From positions 1-40,799 of the forward strand of contig JAEOTB010000078.1 in assembly GCA_016840065.1 (NCBI GenBank): 40,799 nucleotides of DNA, read 5' to 3'. A model generated the notes under the pieces. The model was not told where the DNA came from, ran no database searches, and saw only the letters and a list, made by a program, of their open reading frames with translations. A program made the position numbers and the translations under genes. This stretch comes from Candidatus Hermodarchaeota archaeon. Lineage in GTDB: Archaea > Asgardarchaeota > Hermodarchaeia > Hermodarchaeales > Hermodarchaeaceae. Positions 19,479 to 27,387 of the stretch are shown here, in pieces; the stretch's first letter is position 1, and every line of letters begins with the position of its first letter.

Positions 19479-20166
19479 CAATTTCAACCTCGTCTCCATT
19501 TACCTCTAAGAATCGGATTAGAATATCTCCATAATCTGTATCTTGTGATACGAGTACTTTATCATCAGCTACTAGAAACATCAGAGTAAGAAATATACGG
19601 ATAATATCAATACGGGTTAAACCCTGTACAAATTCGAAGAAAGAAACAGGATTCTTCTTGCGACTAGCTTGACGTAACTGCTCAAATATGCTGTGCATCC
19701 ATTTCCCGAATTCGAAATCAGATTCTTGTTTCCGACCAAACGCCTCAGGCTGGGGTAGTGTTGTAATGCGACGTTTTCGTTTTCGCTTAGTAGAAGGGAA
19801 CACCAATTCACGCAGTGCTTCTACGAGTTCCGTTTCAGAAACAGGACGGACCTGTTGTCTAAAGGGAGGACGAATTGGTGGAAGAAAAATATCTTCCTCA
19901 ATTTCCGTGATTTCCTCCTCCTCACGACCAAATTCTAGAAGATACTCTGTTTTGTAGCGGAGTAAAATCGCCGCAGAAAGAAGGGCCCGTCCGCATATAC
20001 GGAAATCAAAATCTCCAACAAGAAGACGACCTATGAATCCATTAACTAACTCTGCTAGGTCAATCTCCCAAGGACTGACTTTCTGGAGTTCTAAGATGTC
20101 AGTTAGGATTCGCCAAGGTTGATGGAGCCAGAAAGGGTCCTGACTTCTTGTCGTCAATAACCTCAC
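19468..20166 (-). CDS. scpA: SMC-Scp complex kleisin ScpA
   Basis: PWEIDL, GRALLSAAILLRYK, C-terminal wHTH FLTLMFL...QDTDYGDI; lies between smc and scpB. The start may be TTG 20157. Confidence 0.92.
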   Translation of the reverse strand: MRLLTTRSQDPFWLHQPWRILTDILELQKVSPWEIDLAELVNGFIGRLLVGDFDFRICGRALLSAAILLRYKTEYLLEFGREEEEITEIEEDIFLPPIRPPFRQQVRPVSETELVEALRELVFPSTKRKRKRRITTLPQPEAFGRKQESDFEFGKWMHSIFEQLRQASRKKNPVSFFEFVQGLTRIDIIRIFLTLMFLVADDKVLVSQDTDYGDILIRFLEVNGDEVEIDAG

Positions 20167-20332
20167 TTTTTATGTAATTGTAATGGTATATTGCCCACAT
20201 TATTTTTAGAAAGGCCGCAATGCACACTGTAGATACTTCCTTCACCTGATAATTGATACATAAATGCTCCGAAGGGAACATTCTCCAACCATTAAACCGA
20301 GAGTTACTAACAGTGCACAAAATAAAACACAC

Positions 20333-23300
20333 TTAATTTCTAGAAGTCGGCTTCTCTACCATCAAGACTCCCTCTTCGAATTTTATCGAGAAGACACGAG
20401 ACAGACCATCGACCATCGCAACGCCATACAAAGTGTGGGCCCAACGAATGGTAATCTCGTTATGAGAGATTAATATGAATTGAGATTTCTGAGCCAGTTT
20501 ATCGAGTAGTTTTGCGACGCGCTCGGTATTTGTAGGATCAAGTGATTCATCAATCTCGTCTAGGAAGAAGAAAGGGGCAGGTTGGTGAAGCTGAAGAGCA
20601 AATATAAAGGCAAGAGCTGTAAGCGCTTTTTCTCCCCCAGAAAGTGCATCAAGATATTGTATACGTTTTCCTTCAGGTCTTGCTTTCATGCGAATCCCAC
20701 CCAAGAAGGGATTCTCGGGGTTCTCTAGTTCTAGCTCTCCTTCTCCGTCTGCCAGCTGCTTATAGACCTCAGCGAAGTGCCTTGAAATGCTTGTAAAAGA
20801 TGTCATGAATACCTTGAACTTCTCTGCTTCAGCTTTTCGCATTGCTTCAAGTATCGCTTCGCGTTCATCACGAATACTCTTTTCCTTCTCAGATATTTCT
20901 TGGTAGGCTTGTCTAACAACTTCAAATCTTTCAATGGCCTTTTGATTAATTAAACCAAGTTCTTCTCGTTCTTGCTCCAGTTCAGTAAGTTGTTTCCGTA
21001 AGCTATAGACGCTAGAAGGTAATATTGGCGCCAGCGGTGGCTTCATTCCTTTTACCTTTTCCTTTTGTGTTGCCAAGCGTTCTTCCCAATTCTCAATTCG
21101 AACTTCAAGTTTAGATAACCCATTCCGTTCCTCGCTGATTCTAGTAGTTAACTCCTCTACCAATTCAGCCAATCGCCGTCGTTCAGATTCGTTCTCTTCT
21201 AGCTGCTGCTCCAGAGTTACAAGCTCGTTTTTCAAATCAATTACTTCTTGAGCAAGAGCATCTGCTTGGGCTTGCGCGGCTTCATTCTCCTTCTCACAAT
21301 CTCCAAGTTCACCCTTAACGCGCTCGAACTCATTATTCAATTGTAATAGTTCCTTCTGCAAACGATTCTGCTCAGTTTGGGCAAAACGCATTTCACTACT
21401 CTTCTCAGCCAATTGGAGTTCTACTTCACGAAGTTGCGCCTCGAGTGCATCGAGTTCTCCACGAAGGCGGTTGATAGTACTATCAGTACTACTCCTCTCT
21501 AACTCTGCTAGTTTCTCTTGGTATCCTTGGCGTTCTGTGACTAGCTGGGCTATTCCCTCTTCTTCTTGCTTTTGTTTTTGAGTTAAATCATCTCTAGCTA
21601 GCTCTTCTTCCCGTAAGCTCTCTTCAAGTTTTATGACACTCGTTTTTAATGCAGTGAGTGATTCCTCTTTATCCGTTAAATCACCCCTTGCATCACTAAA
21701 ACGCTGCTCTATTTTTGTTAAATTTCGTTGCGCGACCGCGATTTGTTCACTGAGTGAATTGTTGGAACGCGTTAATTTCTCAAAATCCCGATTCAACGAT
21801 TCGCGTAATTCACGCAACTCTTTCAGTTTTCTTTGCAGTTCAGGAATCAAACTCTCTTCTTCTAAAGATAGAGATGGTAAGCGTTTGTAGTAACCACCAG
21901 TTAGAATGTGGTTTGGCTCAACAACATCACCATCGATTGTAATTTTCCTAAATCCTGGAGCTTTAATCAATCGTGCAATAGGCAGATCTTTTACGATAAT
22001 TGTATGGCCAAATGCAAACTCAAATGCAGAACGGAACTTCTCGTCAAAGGACAGAAGGTCAATGGCGTTGCCTATAACACCTGGAGACTTATTCTCATAG
22101 GTGGAGGGATTAGGACTGATTGATGCAAGAGGTATGAACGACGCGCGACCGATTTTGCTTTGTTTCAGATATCTTATACACCGAGCCGCTGTATCCTCAT
22201 TGTCAACGACAATGAAATCCAATCTTCCTCGACCTGCAACCTCCAGAGCTACAGCATATTCTGTTGAGGTTTTCCCTAGACTAGCAAGAGTGCCGTATAT
22301 TCCAGATATCTGTTTTTCTTCTGCATAACGGAGAATTGCATTGATTGCTGCTTGCCGTGACATTCTAAGCTTCCCAAGTTCACGGATAGTCTTAAGACGG
22401 GTTCGCGCCTCCAACAGTTCATCTTTTGTCCTCTGAATTAGCTGTTCAAGTTCAGTTTGTTCTCGTCTATGGTCAAGCATCGAAGTGCTTGTTGCTCGTT
22501 GTTGTTCTTGGATTTCCATCATCGAATCTCTTTTCTGTTGAACATCAACTTCTGTTTCTTCAAGTAATCTTCGTGCTTCTTCAATTTCTTGTTCTTGGTC
22601 TGAGACTAATGAGGAACTCATTGCGATTTGTTGCTGTAGATTAGCTATGTTCTGTTTAGCTACACGGAACATAGCTTTTATTTCACCTAGCTTTCCCCTT
22701 CTCTGTTCAATAGTCTCTGTTAGGGAAAGGACACTCGTTCTCGACTCTAGATAGTCAGTGTCGGGTTTAGAGAGTTGTACTGAAATCTGCATTAATTCCT
22801 TACGAAGAGGAGTGATTTTTGTCTTCAGTGCAGCTGCATCACCCTCAAGTTTCAATACTAGTTTTTCTAAACTAGAGTAGTTATCCGACTCGCTTCTCTC
22901 CAAAGATTGAAGATGAGTTATACTAGCGGAAACGGATTCGGTTTGGCTTCTAAGCTTGCTCAAGGTGATTTGAAGCCCACTAATTTTCTCGGTAATCCGC
23001 GATTTTTCTACTTCTTTAGCATGGCTCGAGCTTTCAAGGTCTTTCATCCGCACCTCAATTGTCTTGGCGGCACTTTCTAGAGCAATGATTTGTTCTTTTG
23101 ATTCCTGTTTTTGTTGTTCAAATTGATTTATGGTCTTGGATAAAGCAGAGAACGCGTTCTGTAAATCATTTAGACGTTCTTCAACACGGGCTAGCTCAGC
23201 GAATGCTAACTCACGTTGGAGCAGCCCGATTTTTTCAGTTATTTCTTGCCAGCGAAGAGCATCACTTCGATCACGTTCTAATCGTTCGTATTCTTGACGG

Positions 23301-23899
23301 ATTTCTTCTGTACGCACTTGAACTAGACCCAGGTTTGCATCAACTTTTTTGAGCTCTTCCTCGATTTGCCGTTTCTTCTCATCATAAACTGAAATGCCAG
23401 CGATGTTTTCAACTATTTGACGGATTTGAGTAGATGACATGCCGACGATATTTGATAGCTCAGTTTGGAGGACGATATTGTACCCCTCAGGATGCAATCC
23501 AGCGGCACCTATTGTATCTAGAAGCTCTGTTCTTGTGCAACGTTTCCCATTAAGACGATACACACTAACACCGCTTGTATCAATTTCCCTGCTAACCGAA
23601 ACCTCATCAGCGTCTATCGGAAGTTGCCTGTCCTTGTTATCGAAAACCATCGTCACACGACAGAATTTTGCAGGAGAATTTCCTTCACCGCCATTGTACA
23701 ACAATGAGGCGAAGTTTTCTGCTCGGAGAGCTTTACTACTCAATCGACCTAGAACAAAGCACACTGCGTCGAGAATATTGCTTTTTCCACAGCCGTTCTT
23801 TCCAACAAAGACAGTCAGGCCTTTGTTAAAATTCAAGGTCACTTTTCGTGCCCCGAATGATTTGAACCCTGAAAGCTGTAATTGCCGGATATGAGCCAC
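20333..23899 (-). CDS. smc: Chromosome segregation protein SMC
   Basis: GFKSF, Walker A GKNGCGKSN, coiled coils, hinge (GIYG, GRASFIPL, LTGG), signature LSGGE, Walker B FFLDEID, ISH. Confidence 0.97.
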   Translation of the reverse strand: MAHIRQLQLSGFKSFGARKVTLNFNKGLTVFVGKNGCGKSNILDAVCFVLGRLSSKALRAENFASLLYNGGEGNSPAKFCRVTMVFDNKDRQLPIDADEVSVSREIDTSGVSVYRLNGKRCTRTELLDTIGAAGLHPEGYNIVLQTELSNIVGMSSTQIRQIVENIAGISVYDEKKRQIEEELKKVDANLGLVQVRTEEIRQEYERLERDRSDALRWQEITEKIGLLQRELAFAELARVEERLNDLQNAFSALSKTINQFEQQKQESKEQIIALESAAKTIEVRMKDLESSSHAKEVEKSRITEKISGLQITLSKLRSQTESVSASITHLQSLERSESDNYSSLEKLVLKLEGDAAALKTKITPLRKELMQISVQLSKPDTDYLESRTSVLSLTETIEQRRGKLGEIKAMFRVAKQNIANLQQQIAMSSSLVSDQEQEIEEARRLLEETEVDVQQKRDSMMEIQEQQRATSTSMLDHRREQTELEQLIQRTKDELLEARTRLKTIRELGKLRMSRQAAINAILRYAEEKQISGIYGTLASLGKTSTEYAVALEVAGRGRLDFIVVDNEDTAARCIRYLKQSKIGRASFIPLASISPNPSTYENKSPGVIGNAIDLLSFDEKFRSAFEFAFGHTIIVKDLPIARLIKAPGFRKITIDGDVVEPNHILTGGYYKRLPSLSLEEESLIPELQRKLKELRELRESLNRDFEKLTRSNNSLSEQIAVAQRNLTKIEQRFSDARGDLTDKEESLTALKTSVIKLEESLREEELARDDLTQKQKQEEEGIAQLVTERQGYQEKLAELERSSTDSTINRLRGELDALEAQLREVELQLAEKSSEMRFAQTEQNRLQKELLQLNNEFERVKGELGDCEKENEAAQAQADALAQEVIDLKNELVTLEQQLEENESERRRLAELVEELTTRISEERNGLSKLEVRIENWEERLATQKEKVKGMKPPLAPILPSSVYSLRKQLTELEQEREELGLINQKAIERFEVVRQAYQEISEKEKSIRDEREAILEAMRKAEAEKFKVFMTSFTSISRHFAEVYKQLADGEGELELENPENPFLGGIRMKARPEGKRIQYLDALSGGEKALTALAFIFALQLHQPAPFFFLDEIDESLDPTNTERVAKLLDKLAQKSQFILISHNEITIRWAHTLYGVAMVDGLSRVFSIKFEEGVLMVEKPTSRN

Positions 23900-23949
23900 G
23901 AGAGTATCCCCGTCAACTTCGCCAAGTTTTCGAATTTAATTTTAATAAT

Positions 23950-23973
23950 AGGCTTCCCGTCAGGAAGCCTGAC
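23950..23973. promoter_or_regulatory. Two overlapping inverted repeats upstream of smc (terminator or operator)
   Basis: AGGCTTCC-N5-GGAAGCCT (23950-23970) overlaps GTCAGG-AAG-CCTGAC (23959-23973). Confidence 0.4.
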
Positions 23974-24004
23974 ATATAAGAGCGGGTAATATCCCTAGTG
24001 TTTT

Positions 24005-24385
24005 TTAACCTTGTTCTATCTTTTCTACCGCTCTTCGGAGACTCCTGATAATAAGGCCTAAGCTGGGGGCTGCATCTTTTCCTGCAATCGCTACAGCAAA
24101 GGTCTTCATGCCGTGAACTGTTATTGTGTAACCATTCTCTGACTCGATGTAAAGGACCTGCGATGTACCCTGGTTAACAGCAGTGTTGACATTTTTTGAT
24201 TCATTATATAATGCCAAAACACTAGCGGCAATCTTGGAATGATCCTTTTCTGTCAGTGTTTGACCTGCAGCTACTTTCCCTGAGGAGGAGGCGACGATTA
24301 AGCCTTCGATTTCAGGTATAATATCCATAATTTGGCTGAGAATTTGTTCAATTGCTTCCTTGTTAGGCATTGAAGACACGCTCAC
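24005..24385 (-). CDS. Roadblock/LC7 domain protein
   Basis: IEQILSQI...IPEIEGLIVASSSG, IAASV helix, YIESENGYTI, PSLGLIIRSLRRAVEKI give the complete roadblock fold. Confidence 0.88.
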   Translation of the reverse strand: MSVSSMPNKEAIEQILSQIMDIIPEIEGLIVASSSGKVAAGQTLTEKDHSKIAASVLALYNESKNVNTAVNQGTSQVLYIESENGYTITVHGMKTFAVAIAGKDAAPSLGLIIRSLRRAVEKIEQG

Positions 24386-24531
24386 GATTCTAATATACCT
24401 AAGACGATGCCCTATTCTGAGATAAGTGTTTAGAAGATAAAAACTGTTCTCTTTAGTTTAGGAGAACGATTAGTCATAAGCAGAGTTCAAGACATTCAAG
24501 GAGACAAACCACCTTCGGGTGTATCGATAAG

Positions 24532-24632
24532 AATCAGGAATTATTCTCAATCAGAATACTTGACCCCTCCAATAACAACAGAGCATGTTCTGATTACTAG
24601 GATACCTTTATAACTAAATCAGGAGACTGATT
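24532..24632. promoter_or_regulatory. TATA box (TTTATAA 24607-24613) amid five AATCAG/CTGATT hexamers
   Basis: AATCAG at 24532, 24549 and 24617; CTGATT at 24590 and 24627; located in the divergent intergenic region of the roadblock cluster. Confidence 0.45.
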
Positions 24633-24658
24633 AATTAGAAGCAAAGTGTGGGTTCCTA

Positions 24659-24961
24659 ATGATAGGTGGAAAGGCATTAAAAGATACTCTTAAGCGTTTG
24701 GAAGCTCATGAAGGTGTACGTGGTGTAATAATCACGAATATGGAAGGATTACCCATAAAGTCGACTCTCGGTGCTGAAAAAACTGAGATAATAGCTGCCC
24801 TCATCACCTCTCTTATTGGGAAGGCAAAACGGGTTGTGGATGAATTGGGTGAAGAGTTGGGAGCTAACTTCATGAATTTTCTTACTATTTCAACACCTGA
24901 AAGTGAGATATTGGTCGCCCCCGAAGAAGATTATATTTTGATATTATTGAAGAGTACTTAG
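24659..24961 (+). CDS. Roadblock/LC7 protein, dynein light chain roadblock (DYNLRB)-like short form
   Basis: TLKRL...[16 protein letters not shown]...FLTI...[13 protein letters not shown]; ends after the last strand with no C-terminal helix. Confidence 0.9.
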   Translation: MIGGKALKDTLKRLEAHEGVRGVIITNMEGLPIKSTLGAEKTEIIAALITSLIGKAKRVVDELGEELGANFMNFLTISTPESEILVAPEEDYILILLKST

Positions 24962-25054
24962 GAATTTGTATTTCTGAAACCTACTCCCCAAAAGAATTTA
25001 AGTCGCCAATCAAATGATTAAAACTACAAGCCCTGGTGGAAAGGAGCTATCTAA

Positions 25055-25522
25055 ATGCACCCTGTAAAAACCTTTGACGAAATCCTCGCTGATGTCATCA
25101 AAAGCGAGGGAGGAATCAAGAAGTGCATCCTTGTAGACAGAACTGGACTCACGATTGCCCATGTCTCCAAGTTCAGCTATTATCCTCTCGATGTTGATGG
25201 AATAGGCGCTATCGCTAGTGCCGTTTTCTGTGCAAGTGAAGAGCAGGGTAAGAACTTGGATGTAGGTAATCTAATTATTGTTACTTCAGAATTCGATGAT
25301 GGAAAAATCTTCGCTGCTGGTGCCGGTAAAGGCGTTCTGTGTGTTATTACTGACAAAGAAGTCAATCTTGGCATGATCAGAATGGTGATGAAAAAAGCAG
25401 CAACAGAACTAGCTAAAGTTCTCGAAGAATTCTTGTCCGAGAAACCATCAGTTGAAACTGGTAAAACTGACTCTGAAAGAGAGGAACTCCGAGCGGCACT
25501 AGGAGAACTGGAAAGGGGATAA
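25055..25522 (+). CDS. Roadblock protein, MglB-like, with C-terminal extension
   Basis: CILVDRTGLTIA, IGAIASAVF, VNLGMIRMVMKKAATEL, then a linker and helix EREELRAALGELE; directly upstream of the MglA-type GTPase. Confidence 0.88.
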   Translation: MHPVKTFDEILADVIKSEGGIKKCILVDRTGLTIAHVSKFSYYPLDVDGIGAIASAVFCASEEQGKNLDVGNLIIVTSEFDDGKIFAAGAGKGVLCVITDKEVNLGMIRMVMKKAATELAKVLEEFLSEKPSVETGKTDSEREELRAALGELERG

Positions 25523-25551
25523 GAAGAACTCCAACAAAGGAGGAGCACCCA

Positions 25552-26136
25552 GTGAGGAAAGACACACAAGGCAGAATGCATTTTAAAATCGTGTTTTGGG
25601 GACCCTCACTTTCAGGTAAAACAACAGCCCTTCGATGGATTTACGATAACGTTGAGGGGTTACAGAAAGGTAGTTTCACATCTGTAGCCGACCACACGGG
25701 TCGAACTTTGTTCTTTGATTATACTCCGGTTCAAGCAACAGAGCAAGTAGTCTTTGAAATATATACTGTTGCTGGTCAGAAACGGCACGCAGGACAGCGT
25801 AAGGTAATTCTAGAAGGCGTTGATGGCATAATATTCGTAGCGGATTCATCTCCTGACCAAATGGAAGCAAATATCGAAAGCCTGAACGAGCTTCGCGAAT
25901 TACTTGGGCCTCGGTTGGGTCATGAGGTTCTCCTTCTCGTTATGCTCAATAAGCAGGATTTACCAAACGCTATGCAAAAAGATGTCATGCTAGCAAAACT
26001 AGGCCTTGGCAATGTAACATGTTTCACTACCTGCGCTCTGTCTGGAGAAAACGTGAAACGAACCTTCCGACAAATAACCCGAGATATCTTAATGCAGCAT
26101 GTATACCAAGCTCCAGCAAAAGCATCAGCGAGTTAA
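25552..26136 (+). CDS. MglA-family small GTPase
   Basis: KIVFWGPSLSGKTT (G1), RTLFFD (G2 with the MglA-type intrinsic Arg), YTVAGQ (G3, cf. TVPGQ), GVDGIIFVADS, NKQDLP (G4), CA (G5). Confidence 0.92.
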   Translation: MRKDTQGRMHFKIVFWGPSLSGKTTALRWIYDNVEGLQKGSFTSVADHTGRTLFFDYTPVQATEQVVFEIYTVAGQKRHAGQRKVILEGVDGIIFVADSSPDQMEANIESLNELRELLGPRLGHEVLLLVMLNKQDLPNAMQKDVMLAKLGLGNVTCFTTCALSGENVKRTFRQITRDILMQHVYQAPAKASAS

Positions 26137-26146
26137 GTTAACATTG

Positions 26147-26521
26147 ATGTTATCGAGTTCACCGGAAATTGAGGCAATCCTTGAAGAACTCACCAAGTCA
26201 CTAGATGACGTAGAAGCTGCAGTAGTAGTTGGCATAGATGGATTACCAATCGCAGCGAATTTACCAGAAGAATTTGATGAAACTCTAGTAGCTGCTATGA
26301 GCGCTGCCCTCTTAACTGTAGGAGAACGTGCCGCATCCGATTTAGGGAAAGGCGACCTTCATCAAGTCTTTGCTCAAGGTGCCACTGGTGCAATAATTAT
26401 GGTCGCTGCTGGACAAGATGCAGTTCTTATGGCAAGTACGACTATCAGTGCTGTCACTGGTCTAGGCTTGGTCTTCATTAAAATGGAACAAGCAGCTGCT
26501 AAAATTTCCAAGCATCTGTAA
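26147..26521 (+). CDS. Roadblock/LC7 domain protein
   Basis: Start ATG 26147. VEAAVVVGIDGLPIAA, VAAMSAALLTVGERAASDLGKG, LGLVFIKME are typical of prokaryotic roadblock proteins. Confidence 0.9.
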   Translation: MLSSSPEIEAILEELTKSLDDVEAAVVVGIDGLPIAANLPEEFDETLVAAMSAALLTVGERAASDLGKGDLHQVFAQGATGAIIMVAAGQDAVLMASTTISAVTGLGLVFIKMEQAAAKISKHL

Positions 26522-26607
26522 TTTCCATATCCTAATCATTCCTTTGACCTGTTTATTAAGGAAAGGTTAAATATTGTGCACCATTCGCACTACCATAGGA
26601 GCCGCCT

Positions 26608-27375
26608 ATGCCAAATATCATGGGACCTTTCTATCATATTTATTCATGGCTTCTTTGGCGACAAATCAAAGATGCGCCCATGCCAAAGCATATAGGCATA
26701 ATTCTTGATGGAAACCGCCGCTATGCTCGTGAACAGAATAAAGACGCAGGATTTGGTCACGAACAAGGCGCCAAGCGGATTGATGAAGTGCTGGATTGGT
26801 GCTTCGATGCAGGAATAGAAATCGTCACAATATATGTATTCTCAACGGAAAACTTTGATCGGAACGAAACAGAAATAGAGAAAATAATGGAACTAGCATG
26901 CCAGCAATTCTTAAGGGCTGCAGGTTCAGAGAGTATTCATCGGCATAAAGTACGTGTACGTGCAATTGGTCGTCTTTCTCTTTTACCTTCAAAGGTATTA
27001 TCTGCAATACGAGAAGCAGAAGAGTCGACAGAAGCCTACGAGAATTTCCAACTCAATGTGGCTATTGGATATGGCGGTAGAACTGAGATTGTTGATGCTG
27101 TGCGTCGAATTGCCGAGAGAGTTAAAACCGGAGAAATCAACCCTAGAACCATTACAACTGGAACAATAGAAGAACACCTTTACACTGCAGGTATTGCAGA
27201 TCCCGAATTGATAATTCGTACGTCTGGAGAAGAGCGTTTGTCTGGATTTCTATTATGGCAATCTGCCTACTCGGAACTCTATTTCGCGGACATCTTTTGG
27301 CCAAAGATAAGAAAGATTGATTTCTGGCGAGCATTAAGGACTCTACAACAACGTGAGCGGCGTTTTGGTAGATAG
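26608..27375 (+). CDS. uppS: cis-prenyltransferase (polyprenyl diphosphate synthase)
   Basis: PKHIGIILDGNRRYA, FSTENFDR, YGGRTEI, IRTSGEERLSGFLLWQ, C-terminal RRFG. Confidence 0.96.
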   Translation: MPNIMGPFYHIYSWLLWRQIKDAPMPKHIGIILDGNRRYAREQNKDAGFGHEQGAKRIDEVLDWCFDAGIEIVTIYVFSTENFDRNETEIEKIMELACQQFLRAAGSESIHRHKVRVRAIGRLSLLPSKVLSAIREAEESTEAYENFQLNVAIGYGGRTEIVDAVRRIAERVKTGEINPRTITTGTIEEHLYTAGIADPELIIRTSGEERLSGFLLWQSAYSELYFADIFWPKIRKIDFWRALRTLQQRERRFGR

Positions 27376-27387
27376 GAGCTGATGTAG

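Noticed and set aside
20099-23894. Antisense and alternate ORFs over smc and the smc-scpA gap
   Set aside because: They overlap a well-supported gene and show no motifs; similar shadow ORFs elsewhere in the window were ignored for the same reason.
18936-23899. Wadjet (JetABCD) or MksBEF defence system
   Set aside because: The SMC has a canonical hinge and canonical ScpA/ScpB partners, and there is no JetD/MksG toprim nuclease next to it.
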